A DNA stretch of 64,000 nt from assembly GCA_035934555.1 (NCBI GenBank), contig DASYXT010000039.1:50643-114642 (forward strand), given 5' to 3'. The notes below the pieces were generated by a model. The model was not told the origin of the DNA, did no database searches, and worked only from the letters and a program-made list of their open reading frames with translations. The translations under genes and the position numbers were made by a program. Shown piece by piece: positions 10,277 to 20,953 of this stretch (the stretch's first letter is position 1; the number at the start of each line of letters is the position of its first letter). The stretch is from Verrucomicrobiia bacterium. Its GTDB lineage: Bacteria; Verrucomicrobiota; Verrucomicrobiia; Limisphaerales; UBA8199.

Positions 10277-11704
10277 ATGAACCGTATTGTTATAGACCCG
10301 GTCACTCGCATCGAGGGGCACGCCAAGATCAGCATCTTCCTCGATGACCAGGGCAACGTCTCCGATGCCGAATTCCATGTCGTCGAGTTCCGCGGCTTCG
10401 AAAAGTTCTGCGAAGGGCGGCCGTTTTCGGAAATGCCCGGCATCACGGCGCGGATTTGCGGGATTTGCCCGGTAAGCCATTTGCTGGCGGCGGCCAAAGC
10501 GGGCGACGCGATCATGGCGGTCAACATTCCGCCGGCCGCCGACAAGCTGCGCCGGTTGATGAACCTGGGCCAGCTTATCCAAAGTCATGCGTTGAGTTTT
10601 TTTCATCTGAGCGCGCCGGATTTTCTGTTGGGCTGGAACACGCCACCCGCGCAACGCAACGTTTTTGGATTGATTGCCTCTAATGCCGACCTGGCGCGGG
10701 CCGGAATTCGCTTGCGCCAGTTTGGCCAGGAAATCATCGAATTGTTGGGTGGCAAGAAAATCCATCCCTCCTGGGCCGTCCCCGGCGGCGTGCGCAGTTC
10801 CCTGACCGAAGCGGGCCGGCAACGGTTGCGGACCTGGCTGCCCGAAGCCTACGCCACGACCAAGACCGCGTTGGAGCTGTTTAAAAAGACGCTCGAATCG
10901 CACAAGGCGGAGCTGCAGATTTTCGGCAATTTTCCTTCGCTCTTCATGGGCCTGGTCGATGCCGAGGGCAACTGGGAGCACCATGGCGGCAAGCTCCGGT
11001 TTGTCGATAGTAGCGGCAGCGTCATCGCCGACCAACTCGATCCGCAAAAGTATTTCGAGTACATCGGCGAGGCGGTGCAGCCGACCTCCTACCTCAAATC
11101 CCCGTATTACGTCCCACTCGGATTCCCGGACGGGATGTATCGAGTGGGGCCGCTGGCCCGGCTGAACGTGGCCGAGCAGATGGGCACTCCGAAAGCTGAT
11201 GCCGAGCTGAAGAAATTCAAAAAGTTCGGGCGCAAAGGCGCCGTGACCGCTTCGTTCCTTTATCATTACGCGCGGCTGATCGAGATTCTCGCTTCCCTCG
11301 AGCGCGTCGAGGCTTACCTGGAGGACCCGGAGTTGCTGAGTGACGAGTTGCGGGCCGATGCCGGCATTAACAGCCTGCGCGGCGTGGGCGTCAGCGAGGC
11401 GCCGCGCGGCACGCTGTTCCACGATTACACGGTGGACCGCGATGGGTTGCTCAAGAAGGTGAACCTAATCGTCGCCACGGGGCAGAATAACCTCGCGATG
11501 AATCGCACCGTCGCGCAGATCGCCCGCCATTACGTCCGCGGCAAGGATATTCCCGAGCCGATGCTCAACCGAATCGAGCACGGCATCCGCTGTTACGACC
11601 CTTGCCTGAGCTGCTCGACCCATGCGGTTGGCCAGATGCCGTTGCAAATTCGTCTGCTCGGGCCTGATGGCTCCCTGGTGCACGAGGTCACGCGCGGGTT
11701 TTGA
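10277..11704 (+). CDS. hoxH: [NiFe] hydrogenase large subunit HoxH (group 3d type)
   Basis: N-terminal PVTRIEGH, the L1 motif [10 protein letters not shown], and the C-terminal DPCLSCSTH followed by a cleavable tail. Start taken at MNRIVIDP, 4 nt after the hoxY stop. Confidence 0.92.
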   Translation: MNRIVIDPVTRIEGHAKISIFLDDQGNVSDAEFHVVEFRGFEKFCEGRPFSEMPGITARICGICPVSHLLAAAKAGDAIMAVNIPPAADKLRRLMNLGQLIQSHALSFFHLSAPDFLLGWNTPPAQRNVFGLIASNADLARAGIRLRQFGQEIIELLGGKKIHPSWAVPGGVRSSLTEAGRQRLRTWLPEAYATTKTALELFKKTLESHKAELQIFGNFPSLFMGLVDAEGNWEHHGGKLRFVDSSGSVIADQLDPQKYFEYIGEAVQPTSYLKSPYYVPLGFPDGMYRVGPLARLNVAEQMGTPKADAELKKFKKFGRKGAVTASFLYHYARLIEILASLERVEAYLEDPELLSDELRADAGINSLRGVGVSEAPRGTLFHDYTVDRDGLLKKVNLIVATGQNNLAMNRTVAQIARHYVRGKDIPEPMLNRIEHGIRCYDPCLSCSTHAVGQMPLQIRLLGPDGSLVHEVTRGF

Positions 11705-11713
11705 GGCGCTGGT

Positions 11714-12139
11714 ATGCTGCTGATCGGCTATGGCAATACGCTGCGCAGCGATGACGGGGTCGGGCCAAAGTTGGCCGAAGCCGCGGCGGGTTTAGGGTTG
11801 CCCGGGTTGGAGACGTTGGTTTGCGCGCTGCTGACGCCCGAGCTCGCCGAGCCCATCTCGCGCGCCGACCGCGTGGTGTTTGTCGATGCGGCGGTTGCTG
11901 GCTCAGCCGGCGTGGAACTCCGGGAGATTTCACCCGCTCAAAGCTCACAGCTCATGGCGCATGCCGCCGAGCCGCGAACGATGCTGGCGCTGGCCCGGGA
12001 TGTGTTTGGTCACGCGCCCTTCGCGTGGCTGTTAACCATCCCCGTTGAAAATATGGAATTAGGGGAAACCCTTTCGCCTTTGGCACAAAGCGGACTCAGC
12101 CAGGGCCTCGAGCAGGTGCGGCGGCTCGTGCTTAAGTAA
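11714..12139 (+). CDS. hoxW: Hydrogenase maturation endopeptidase HoxW
   Basis: MLLIGYGNTLRSDDGVG N-terminus. 141 aa, directly after hoxH. Confidence 0.8.
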   Translation: MLLIGYGNTLRSDDGVGPKLAEAAAGLGLPGLETLVCALLTPELAEPISRADRVVFVDAAVAGSAGVELREISPAQSSQLMAHAAEPRTMLALARDVFGHAPFAWLLTIPVENMELGETLSPLAQSGLSQGLEQVRRLVLK

Positions 12140-12203
12140 TTCGTCAGGCGGGGCAAGCTGTCCTGATTCCAGCCACGGTTGTCCTCGTTCTGGACGCTCC
12201 AGG

Positions 12204-12584
12204 CTAATTCGGCGTGTCCTGCGGGAGAGCGTGTGTCACCGGATAAATCTGGCAGGCGGCTTTGACATTGAGATTGTTAATGAGGTAACTGGTCCCGAAC
12301 GTGGTGCCCGGGCCGGCGGCCGGGCAAGTTACATTGCTCTTAAGGTAGCTGCTGATGTCGGTGTACAGAGGAACGGAATTGGTCGCCTGCTTGGTTTCCA
12401 GTGCCCATTGTGCCTTGGCTGCCTCAATTTGCCGCAGGTTATTGATACAAGTATTGGTCTGGGAAGTTGTGCGGGCGTGGACCCATTGGGGCACGGCTAT
12501 GCAGGCCAGCAGGCCGATCAACATGACCACGATCATGATCTCGATCAGGGTGAAGCCTGCTTGTGGCGAATGGTTCTCTTTCAT
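12204..12584 (-). CDS. Prepilin-type N-terminal cleavage/methylation domain protein (pseudopilin)
   Basis: G/FTLIEIMIVVMLIGLLACIAVP class III signal, followed by CINNLRQIEAAKAQWALE, which is typical of PVC pseudopilins. Start set at MKENHSPQAG. Confidence 0.8.
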   Translation of the reverse strand: MKENHSPQAGFTLIEIMIVVMLIGLLACIAVPQWVHARTTSQTNTCINNLRQIEAAKAQWALETKQATNSVPLYTDISSYLKSNVTCPAAGPGTTFGTSYLINNLNVKAACQIYPVTHALPQDTPN

Positions 12585-12693
12585 TGCTTCTGTTGTTTCG
12601 CTCACCCGTTGCCGAGCGCAGTCGGTCCCTGAATCCAGCTCTGCGCAACGGTTGAAGCGCAATCTAGAAACAATGAAGCACCTTGGATGCCAA

Positions 12694-13575
12694 CTATTTG
12701 TCTTCCTTGAGCACGGCCAGGAACTGTTTCATCGCCGGCGAAAGAACCTTGTTCTTCTTATAAATCGCCGCCAAGGGCCGGAAAAATTCCCCGTCATCCA
12801 GTGCGACTTGCGCCAGCGTTTGCTTGTTGACTTCCTGCAGCACGGTGCCTTGCGGGACGATGGCGACGCCGGCATCAATTTCCACCGCGCGTTTCACCGT
12901 CTCAATATTGTCAAATTCCATCACGTGTTGCACGTGCACCGAATGGTCTTTGAGGATTTTATCGAGCGCTTTGCGGGTGGGGATGTCCGGCTCGAACCCA
13001 ATAAACTTCTGGCCATTAAGGGTTTTGAGGCGCAGGGTCTTGGATTTGGCCAAAGCATGGTTGGGGTGGCAGATCAAGACCAGCGGTTCCTTGCGGAGCG
13101 GGAAAATTTCGAGTTTGTTGTCGCGAACGGGGTAAGCCACCAGCCCGATGTCCACCACGTTGCCAATGACGTCTTCATACACCTGGTTGGCGCGGCGATA
13201 CTCGACATGCACGTTGACGGTCGGGTAGGCCTTAAGGAACTTCTTCAGGTATGGCGGCAAATCGTGCAGGCCGATGCTGTAGATGGTCGCGACCCGGATC
13301 GTGCCGGAAATGATTTCTTTGATTTCCTGCAGCTTGCTGTGCAGGGATTCATAAGTCTGGATGACCTGTTTGCTGTAGTCGTAAAGGACCTGGCCTTCGC
13401 GGGTGAGCCGGAAGTGCTTTTTGCTGCGCTCGATGAGCAGGGATTTGAAAAACCGCTCCAGCGAGCTGATCTGCTGGCTCACGGCTGATTGGGTGACTTG
13501 GTTGATTTCCGCGGCCTTGGTAAAGCTTTCCGTCTCGGCCAAATCGCAGAACACCTTCAGACTCTCGATTTGCAT
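12694..13575 (-). CDS. LysR family transcriptional regulator
   Basis: N-terminal wHTH (FTKAAEINQVTQSAVSQQISSLE) plus a substrate-binding domain of about 200 aa. Confidence 0.85.
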   Translation of the reverse strand: MQIESLKVFCDLAETESFTKAAEINQVTQSAVSQQISSLERFFKSLLIERSKKHFRLTREGQVLYDYSKQVIQTYESLHSKLQEIKEIISGTIRVATIYSIGLHDLPPYLKKFLKAYPTVNVHVEYRRANQVYEDVIGNVVDIGLVAYPVRDNKLEIFPLRKEPLVLICHPNHALAKSKTLRLKTLNGQKFIGFEPDIPTRKALDKILKDHSVHVQHVMEFDNIETVKRAVEIDAGVAIVPQGTVLQEVNKQTLAQVALDDGEFFRPLAAIYKKNKVLSPAMKQFLAVLKEDK

Positions 13576-13751
13576 AAGGCATGGAAATACTCAATTCCGG
13601 CGAATCAGTCAACTAATGATTTGCTAAAAAGTTCTGATGGAGCACCGCACTTCCGCTGTCTTGACGCGCGCCCCGGCATTGCCTTATGGTTTGCGGCTCC
13701 TGGGATGCATCCGGGCCGTGCCTGGACTTTTAGCGTACTTAACGGAAAGGT

Positions 13752-15077
13752 TTGCTTGTGAACGTAACAGTAGAAAATCTGGCCGCTTGCAAAAAGCTGA
13801 TGCGGGTCGAGGTCGAGAACGAGAAGGTCGAGCAGGCCTTCGAAAAGGTTACTCGCGAATTTCAGCGACAGGCGGCCTTTCCCGGTTTTCGCCCCGGTAA
13901 AGCCCCGCGCGATATGGTGGTGCGCAAGTACGCCAAGGACATCGAAGCCGAGGTGCGCAAGCAGCTTTTATCCGATTACTACAAGCAAGCGGTTGACCAG
14001 CAAAAGCTCGACGTGCTGGGCCGGCCGGACATCGAGGAAATCCAGTTCACGCGCGGGCAACCGTTCCAGTTCGCGGCCACGCTCGAAACGGCGCCCGAGT
14101 TCGAATTGCCCGAATACCGCGGCATCCCCCTGAAACGGGAAGCGCGCGAAGTGACCGAGGAGGATATTGCGCGGGCGCTGGACACCTTACGCCAGGCACA
14201 AACCAGCTACAAAACCGTGGAGCGCCCCGCCGCTAGTGGGGATGTCGTGGTGGTGAGCTATACCGGGCAGGTCGAAGGCAAACCGATCACGGAACTGGCA
14301 CCTAACGCCAAAAGCCTGGCGGAACAGAAGAATTTTTGGGTCGAGATCGGCGCGAATACGTTCCTGCCGGGGTTCGCCGAACAACTGCTGGGCGCCAAGG
14401 TGGGCGAGCATCGCCAGGTGATGATTGATTTCCCGCCGGATTTTGTCACTCCGGAGCTTGCCGGCAAAAAGGGTGTGTTCCAGTCCGAGGTTGGGGAGAT
14501 TAAAGAAAAGGTTTTGCCGGCTTTGGACGAGGCTTTCGCCAAGGGCTTTGGAGCAGAAAGCCTGGAGAAGCTGCGGGAGGGGGTGCGCCGGGACCTGACG
14601 AATGAACTCGAGCACAAACAAAGCCGCAGCTTGCGCAACCAACTCGTTGGTTCGTTGCTCAATCGCGTCAATTTCGAGTTGCCGGAGAGCGCGGTCGCCC
14701 AGGAAACGCGGCATGTCGTTTATGAACTGGTCCAGGAAAACGCCAAACGCGGCGTCTCGCGCGACGTGATCGAGAAGGAGAAGGACCAGATTTACGCCGC
14801 CGCGACGCAGAACGCCAAAGAGCGGGTAAAGGTGGCGTTTCTCATGCAGAAAATTGCCGAGAAGGAAGACATCAAAATCTCGCAGCAGGAAGTCGCCGAG
14901 CGCATCAACCATTTGGCAGCCGTGTACCAAATTCCCGCGGAAAAGTTTCTGCGCGACTTGCAGAAGCGGAATGGTTTGATCGAGATCTATGACCAGATCA
15001 TGAACGAGAAGGTGCTGGCATTCCTGCAGCAAAACGCCAAAATCGAAGACGTTCCCCCCGGCACCCCAAGCGCCTAA
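13752..15077 (+). CDS. tig: Trigger factor
   Basis: Ribosome-binding signature [14 protein letters not shown], a central FKBP-like region and a C-terminal arm. The true start may be the GTG at 13758. Confidence 0.9.
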   Translation: MLVNVTVENLAACKKLMRVEVENEKVEQAFEKVTREFQRQAAFPGFRPGKAPRDMVVRKYAKDIEAEVRKQLLSDYYKQAVDQQKLDVLGRPDIEEIQFTRGQPFQFAATLETAPEFELPEYRGIPLKREAREVTEEDIARALDTLRQAQTSYKTVERPAASGDVVVVSYTGQVEGKPITELAPNAKSLAEQKNFWVEIGANTFLPGFAEQLLGAKVGEHRQVMIDFPPDFVTPELAGKKGVFQSEVGEIKEKVLPALDEAFAKGFGAESLEKLREGVRRDLTNELEHKQSRSLRNQLVGSLLNRVNFELPESAVAQETRHVVYELVQENAKRGVSRDVIEKEKDQIYAAATQNAKERVKVAFLMQKIAEKEDIKISQQEVAERINHLAAVYQIPAEKFLRDLQKRNGLIEIYDQIMNEKVLAFLQQNAKIEDVPPGTPSA

Positions 15078-16018
15078 GCTGGCGCGACCTCTTGCGGGCC
15101 CTTGCCGCCGGTGACCAGGAACAACACCGCCATTCGCACCGCCAGTCCATTGGTGACCTGGTTTAAAATTACCGAGCGAGCGCAGTCGGCGATTTCGCTG
15201 TCAATTTCCACCCCGCGGTTAATCGGGCCGGGGTGCATGATGAGCGCATCGGGTTTGGTGCGTGACAACCGTGCCTTGGTGAGACCGAACAGGCTGGAAT
15301 ACTCCCCGAGGCTGGGGAACATGCTCTTGCGCTGGCGTTCGTGCTGGATCCGCAACAGATTGATGATGTCGGCGTCGCGAATGGCTTCTTCGACGTCGTA
15401 GGTGACCCGGCAGCCCATCTGCTCGAAGACGCGCGGCACCAATGTCGCAGGCCCGCACACGGTCACTTTGGCCCCCAACTTCGTCAGAGCCCAGATGTCG
15501 GAGCGCGCCACACGGCTGTACAGTACATCTCCCAGGATCGTCACATTTAACCCAGCGATGCGGCCTTTGCGTTCGCGGATCGTGAAGGCGTCCAGCAAGG
15601 CTTGCGTCGGATGCTCGTGCGCGCCATCGCCCGCGTTGATCACACTGGCGTTGAGCACACGCGAAAGGAACTGCGGCGCCCCCGAGGCGCTGTGCCGGAT
15701 GACAATCAAATCCGTATTCAGCGCTTCGAGGTTCCTTGCAGTGTCTTTGAGCGTTTCACCCTTTTTTAACGACGAGGCCTCAGCAGTAAAGTTGATGATG
15801 TCCGCCGAGAGGCGCTGCTCGGATAGTTCGAAGCTGATACGGGTTCGGGTGGAGGGTTCGACAAACAGGTTGACGACCGTTTTTCCGCGCAAAGCGGGAA
15901 CTTTCTTGATCGCGCGTTCACCGACGGCCTTAAACGCGCGCGCGGTGTCCAGCACCAGGTTGATGTCTGCCACCGAAAGCGATTCGATATCCAATAGATG
16001 TTTGCGGTTCCAGCTCAT
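15074..16018 (-). CDS. pyrB: Aspartate carbamoyltransferase catalytic subunit
   Basis: [19 protein letters not shown] and [12 protein letters not shown] motifs. Confidence 0.92.
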   Translation of the reverse strand: MSWNRKHLLDIESLSVADINLVLDTARAFKAVGERAIKKVPALRGKTVVNLFVEPSTRTRISFELSEQRLSADIINFTAEASSLKKGETLKDTARNLEALNTDLIVIRHSASGAPQFLSRVLNASVINAGDGAHEHPTQALLDAFTIRERKGRIAGLNVTILGDVLYSRVARSDIWALTKLGAKVTVCGPATLVPRVFEQMGCRVTYDVEEAIRDADIINLLRIQHERQRKSMFPSLGEYSSLFGLTKARLSRTKPDALIMHPGPINRGVEIDSEIADCARSVILNQVTNGLAVRMAVLFLVTGGKGPQEVAPA

Positions 16019-16024
16019 AGGGTT

Positions 16025-16570
16025 TTAGAAAGGTCTTTCTGATTTCTCCAAAACGACTTCATCGGCCCCGCCGGACTCGTCCAAACGGACGTGAATATTC
16101 TCGCCTGGGGCGGTCGGGACATTCTTGCCGACAAAGTCCGCTTTGATGGGCAACTCGCGGTGGCCGCGATCGATCAGCACCGCCAACTGGATGCGCCGGG
16201 GCCGGCCGAAATCGTTCAGCGCGTCCATCGCGGCGCGGATCGTTCGGCCGCTAAACAACACGTCATCGACGAGGACCACCGTTTTGCCGGTCACGTCGAA
16301 GGGGATCAGGGTCGGGTGGATATCCGGCGCGGCCCGCTGGTCCAGGTCATCACGATGCATGCTGACATCCAGTTGGCCGCTCGGGACCGCATGCCCCCAA
16401 ATCGTTGCCAGCAGAACTTGCAACCGCTGGGCGACCGGCACGCCTCCACGTTGGATACCGACGAGGACCACTTCGTGGCTGGCTTCATCGCGTTCGGCGA
16501 TTTCGTGGGCAATCCGGGTCAAGGCGCGTTGGATCGCCTGGCCGTTTAAAATCTGTGTCGTTTCAGGCAT
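16025..16570 (-). CDS. pyrR: Bifunctional pyrimidine operon regulator / uracil phosphoribosyltransferase PyrR
   Basis: PRPP-binding loop [17 protein letters not shown]. 181 aa, immediately upstream of pyrB. Confidence 0.88.
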   Translation of the reverse strand: MPETTQILNGQAIQRALTRIAHEIAERDEASHEVVLVGIQRGGVPVAQRLQVLLATIWGHAVPSGQLDVSMHRDDLDQRAAPDIHPTLIPFDVTGKTVVLVDDVLFSGRTIRAAMDALNDFGRPRRIQLAVLIDRGHRELPIKADFVGKNVPTAPGENIHVRLDESGGADEVVLEKSERPF

Positions 16571-16657
16571 AGGGTTATGGGTCGGTTGAGAGCGAAATTG
16601 GAACAGAAGGCAACGAACGAAATAAAAGGAAAGCGTCCCCTCGGCGGTGCTGGCGCC

Positions 16658-16724
16658 GGAGCGCAGACTTTAGTCCGCAGCAACATTCGAAATTCTCGCC
16701 CAACCCGACCTCGCTCCGGACTAA
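16658..16724. repeat. REP/MITE-like nested-palindrome element, copy A (left arm plus degenerate right arm)
   Basis: ggagcgcagacTTTAGTCCGCAGCAAC...cgctccggactaa. It shares the GCGGACTTTAGTCCGC core with the copies at 34791, 38926 and 50443. Confidence 0.7.
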
Positions 16725-16969
16725 CCCCCCACTCCACACGCCTTCACTGAAGGGATACCAAGGAAAACGACCCATCAAGAAGCCAGTCGTCTCTGCGGAA
16801 AGGGTAGGGAATCGGCGGCCCACAGCAAGGGCCCCGGGCATGCTTTTGTCCCGTATGGATGCCTTCGTGGCTTGCTGTTGAGTCCTGAATCTTGCCGGCA
16901 GTATCAGACGGTTCATAGTCCTTGGCAGCCTCACAGGGCTGCCTTAAAGGAGCACCGGCCGAATTTGCC

Positions 16970-17218
16970 TCAGTGGGTGGCCGCTTGCCGGCTCCTGCGC
17001 CACTTCGAGCGGTGCTTGATTATCCAATCAGTCAGTGCCCGTTCAAAACCGATGTCCCGGCCGGCCTTTTCTGACTCAATCCACTTGTGCTTCAGGATTT
17101 CCTCTCGCTCTGCCTGGAACTCCCGGTAAAGAGACGAGTTCTTCAGCAGATCGTTGGACGACAGGGCGTCTTTCGCTTCATCAGACATATTCGCTCGCTC
17201 AGATGTTTGCGATGCCAT
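16970..17218 (-). CDS. Small conserved hypothetical protein with a KHKWIESEKAGRDIGFE motif
   Basis: The C-terminal roughly 70 aa look genuinely protein-like (REFQAEREEILKHKWIESEKAGRDIGFERALTDWIIKHRSKW). The N-terminal part of ORF 16970..17416 overlaps apbC and was trimmed. Alternative start at 17188. Confidence 0.45.
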   Translation of the reverse strand: MASQTSERANMSDEAKDALSSNDLLKNSSLYREFQAEREEILKHKWIESEKAGRDIGFERALTDWIIKHRSKWRRSRQAATH

Positions 17219-17412
17219 ATCTAACCACCGCACGGATCCCTTGACAACCCTAAACTGCACTTTCCATACCGTATGTTCATGCGATACAAAATCAAGTCCC
17301 AAACCCGCAGCACGTTGAATCCGTGCGATTTCCACGTGCCCTCTGCCGTTGCCTCCTGGCTCCTGATCTCTGACTTCTGCCCTCCGCCCTCCGCCCTTTG
17401 GCTCTGCCCCTC

Positions 17413-18462
17413 TCACCTGAGCCGTTGCTCAAGGTCCGATGCCACGCTCAAGAATGCCTGCGCCGGTGCCTCGCTCGGAGCAGACACGACCACCGGCACA
17501 CCTTGGTCGCCGGCTTCTCTAATCTGTGTGAACAGAGGTATTTCGCCGAGGAAGGGAACATTTTGGCGCACCGCCTCCGCTTTGCCGCCGCCGTGACCGA
17601 AAATCTCCACCCGTTCACCGCCCGGGGTCGTAAAATAACTCATGTTCTCCACAATACCCAAAATGGGCACATTAACCTTTTGAAACATGGCGATGCCTTT
17701 ACGCACCACGCCAAGTGATGCCTCCTGCGGGGTGGTCACGATCACGCCTCCATCCAAAGGCACTGTTTGGCATAGAGTTAATTGTGCGTCGCCGGTTCCA
17801 GGTGGCAAATCCACCAGCAAGAAGTCCAGGGTGCCCCAGGCGACTGAGCTGAAGAATTGTTGAATCGTCTTCATGATCATCGGCCCACGCCAAATCACCG
17901 GCTGATCATCCTCCAACAGCAACCCAATGCTCATCAGCTTCACACCGTGATTGGCTGGCGGCACCATCTTCTCATCCGCGCTCAAGGTCGGTTTCTCGTG
18001 AATCCCCATCATCAGCGGGGTTGAGGGGCCATAAATATCGCAATCCAAAAGTCCCACCTTCCGGCCGTGGTGTGCCAGCGCGCAGGCCAGATTCACCGAC
18101 ACCGTTGATTTCCCCACACCGCCCTTGCCGCTGGCAATCGCGACGATGCGCGCCACGCCGGGGACTTTGCCGGGTTGGGGCGGCATCGGTCCACCTGGCG
18201 TTGCGCCTGGCGCCGACGCGGGCTGATTCACTTCGACATAGACGGCCGTCACTCCGGAAATCCCGCGTAATGCCCTTTCGCTTTCGGCCTTTATTTGCTG
18301 GGCGGCCTCACGGTTGGGGGTGGTCAGGTTCATCACCACACTGACCGCGCCGGCGTTTAGCGCCACCTGTTTGACTAACCCGAAGGACACCACATCCCGG
18401 CTGTAGCCGGGATACTTCACTGATTTTAATGCGTTAAGGACGTCGCTTTCGCTCAATGCCAT
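17413..18462 (-). CDS. apbC: Mrp/ApbC/NBP35-family Fe-S cluster carrier ATPase
   Basis: N-terminal DUF59-like domain, deviant Walker A ASGKGGVGKSTVSVNLA, and a ParA-like fold. Confidence 0.88.
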   Translation of the reverse strand: MALSESDVLNALKSVKYPGYSRDVVSFGLVKQVALNAGAVSVVMNLTTPNREAAQQIKAESERALRGISGVTAVYVEVNQPASAPGATPGGPMPPQPGKVPGVARIVAIASGKGGVGKSTVSVNLACALAHHGRKVGLLDCDIYGPSTPLMMGIHEKPTLSADEKMVPPANHGVKLMSIGLLLEDDQPVIWRGPMIMKTIQQFFSSVAWGTLDFLLVDLPPGTGDAQLTLCQTVPLDGGVIVTTPQEASLGVVRKGIAMFQKVNVPILGIVENMSYFTTPGGERVEIFGHGGGKAEAVRQNVPFLGEIPLFTQIREAGDQGVPVVVSAPSEAPAQAFLSVASDLEQRLR

Positions 18463-18619
18463 AGCCCCCCATAATCAGGCCTGGATTTGGCCTGTCAATG
18501 CTGGCGGGCCCTGAGTCCTGGGCAACGGCGATGGTTACTTCAACCCCTTGCGACTACGCCTTCAGCTCGGCATCCGACAAAGGGACAGGACATACGCGCC
18601 GAGGTTCATCAACAACCTC

Positions 18620-18991
18620 TTACGGCATGCCAGGTATTCGCAGTATAATTGGCTTGAATTGTTTCCGGCCCGCTGAACCCGTGCGAGTGGGAGCCGGAGT
18701 TGGCAGATCGGGAGAGCCAGCAAGCAGGACGGTTACCGCTCCAGCGCGCGACCAAATAAGCTCCGCATGCCCCCTGTCCGCATGCCGGAAAGCGAGTCGA
18801 AGGAAGGCCAGCAGAAACACAATCGCGATCAGCACCCCGGGAAACAATTGCGACCAGAAGTGCGTCAATAGAAACTCATAGTAAAGCTTTTCCCCCACCG
18901 GGTTCGGCGGGGAGACTGCGTTATCCGCAAGGAGGCTCCAAGGAAACCCAGCCAGCATGGCGGCCAGCCCTATGGCCTTCGCCGTTCTCAT
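18620..18991 (-). CDS. Hypothetical membrane protein
   Basis: Signal-like N-terminus (MRTAKAIGLAAMLAG) and one further TM (LFPGVLIAIVFLLAFL). No recognisable family. Confidence 0.35.
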   Translation of the reverse strand: MRTAKAIGLAAMLAGFPWSLLADNAVSPPNPVGEKLYYEFLLTHFWSQLFPGVLIAIVFLLAFLRLAFRHADRGHAELIWSRAGAVTVLLAGSPDLPTPAPTRTGSAGRKQFKPIILRIPGMP

Positions 18992-19082
18992 GGAAATACC
19001 CTCGTCTTTTCTATCATTTTGTAAAGGAGCCTTAGGGGAGCCACAGCCCTTTTTTGGACCAAAGCTGGCATAGGCTGCAGTG

Positions 19083-20321
19083 TTACCATTCGACTTTGAG
19101 CAGGACGCCCTGACCGGGGGCGAGCCAGACGTACTCGCCTTCGAATGGAGTCAGCGCGCCGGTATAGGGTGAAACGTGCTCGAGGCGGCGGGGGGATTTG
19201 CGGAATTGCGGCGAGCAGGGACGGGACCTGGAACGGTCCTTGTTGACGATGAGGAGGTAGCGGGCGCCGTCATGGTGGGTGAATTCGCCGACGAGGAAAT
19301 TATCGCCCGAGACGCCGGTGAGCAGGCTGTTGGTGAGGGGGCCATGGCAGCCTTTGGGAACCGCGCCGATGTGATAAACATCGTCACAGGTCAACTGTAG
19401 CAAAGTGGGCGCCAGTTTCTGTATCTGCAAATTGACATTTTGCAGACTGAGCCAGGTCGGGGTTTCGTGCCCGAACTGGTCCACCGGAGCCAGGCGGTAA
19501 TTGCCGACCGGCGGTGCGAAATAGGTGAAATAGGCGATGCCACACGCGCCATAGGCCAGGGTAGTATAGGCCTGGAACCGGAGATCGGCCGCATCCGGTT
19601 CGTGATAACTGAAATGCGCCACTGACAGCACGATATTCCAGAACACCAACCCGTGCCGTTGGCAGGCGGCGCGCATGGCTTCGAGGTTGGACCAGTAATT
19701 CTCGCGCACCGAACCATCGTCCATCAGCGAGTAATTGTCGTAACTGAGGATCGTGGGATGGCAAGTGGCTATAAAGCGTTCGAGGTACTCGGCGTAGTTG
19801 GTGGTGCCGAGTTGCGCGTTGCTGGCGTAATCGGGAAACAAATTGATATAGGGCCATTTGCCTGGTGAGAGCTCATGGACCAGGGCGGCGACGGTGCCTA
19901 AGCCCGGAAACAGGTTGGCATCGGGTTCGTCGCGCAGATAGTAACCGAACACAGCCGGGTGGCCGCCGACCTCGGCGACGAGTGTGGCCACATTCTCGCG
20001 CGCCTTGGCGGGATCGACTTTGGTCCAGTCATACCCGGAGGTGCGCGGGTCGGACACGATCGCTTTTAACCCGGCCGCCTGGCAGGCATCCAGGCCGGTC
20101 GGAGGGACAAATCCGGCCACGGTCAACCCGGCGTCATGCATGCGTTTCAAAGTCGCCGGGTCATTCGGCACCGAGTTCCAGGCCATGATCGGGAAAAAGT
20201 TGGTCGCGGCCAGGGGCGCCGCGCATGCACAGGTACAATAGCTGAGCGCGAGGACCAGGACCATGAGGCTCGAAATAGCAGACCACTGCCAGGAGCGGCG
20301 CGAGCGGGTGGCAAATCGCAT
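19083..20321 (-). CDS. Secreted hypothetical protein, possibly a TIM-barrel glycoside hydrolase-like enzyme
   Basis: Signal peptide from the internal Met (MRFATRSRRSWQWSAISSLMVLVLAL). Alternating beta/alpha-like pattern with an RDEP motif. The family assignment is weak. Confidence 0.45.
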   Translation of the reverse strand: MRFATRSRRSWQWSAISSLMVLVLALSYCTCACAAPLAATNFFPIMAWNSVPNDPATLKRMHDAGLTVAGFVPPTGLDACQAAGLKAIVSDPRTSGYDWTKVDPAKARENVATLVAEVGGHPAVFGYYLRDEPDANLFPGLGTVAALVHELSPGKWPYINLFPDYASNAQLGTTNYAEYLERFIATCHPTILSYDNYSLMDDGSVRENYWSNLEAMRAACQRHGLVFWNIVLSVAHFSYHEPDAADLRFQAYTTLAYGACGIAYFTYFAPPVGNYRLAPVDQFGHETPTWLSLQNVNLQIQKLAPTLLQLTCDDVYHIGAVPKGCHGPLTNSLLTGVSGDNFLVGEFTHHDGARYLLIVNKDRSRSRPCSPQFRKSPRRLEHVSPYTGALTPFEGEYVWLAPGQGVLLKVEW

Positions 20322-20583
20322 AAGGCCAGAGTAATGCAAGCAGGCCCGGAGCCTAAAGGCTAAAGGCTGAAGCGGGAACAATTCAAAATCCTCAACGCGC
20401 AGGCAGCAAGTCGGCCGGGTGCGTTGCCCGGGCCAGGAAATCGACGAAAACCGCGTTGAAGACGGCCCATTGACCGCCATGTGCCGCAGGAGGAATCGCG
20501 CGGTCCCGCCCCGCCCAAAATCAGGACAACGCTCAGGAAAAGGTGGAACCAAAGCTTTTCGCCGGTATCAACTTCGGCGGGTT

Positions 20584-20790
20584 CTAGTCCTCCGTCGTAA
20601 CTTCAGCCTTTCGCCAAATCAGAACGCCGAGGCCGATCAGCGCGCATTTCAAGCCACAACCGACCACCGGCCCATACTCATCGAGGAACCACAAATATTT
20701 GAAGTGCAGGCCGACCAATGGCAGGAGAAAAGAAAAGATGCCGATCAGGATCACAAACACGGCAAGTTGCTTAGGATAGTTGTTGTTCAT
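20584..20790 (-). CDS. Small two-TM membrane protein
   Basis: Two hydrophobic helices (LAVFVILIGIFSFLLPLVGL and GCGLKCALIGLGVLIW). No homology recognised. Confidence 0.35.
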   Translation of the reverse strand: MNNNYPKQLAVFVILIGIFSFLLPLVGLHFKYLWFLDEYGPVVGCGLKCALIGLGVLIWRKAEVTTED

Positions 20791-20953
20791 GTCTGTAACA
20801 GCGCCGTTCAAGGGTGTTGGAGAGCATAAACCAAGCCAGGCCCGGCCTGCGGCTATGGAAGGCAGCGGAGATCGCCAGCCTTAGACCGCCATTCTCTTTA
20901 ATCTCTGACGCAAACCGCTCCGACAAACGCGGGCAGGTCTCAAGCGTCGCCCC

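Noticed and set aside
16924-16943. The hairpin GGCAGCC-tcacag-GGCTGCC downstream of the small gene, as an intrinsic terminator.
   Set aside because: It has a 7-bp stem only and no U-tract on the transcribed strand, which is too weak to call.
16571-16969. A PyrR-binding attenuator in the pyrR leader.
   Set aside because: I could not find the conserved UCCAGAGAGG-type binding loop on the minus strand. Only a weak resemblance (ccgcagagacg) and a REP element are present.
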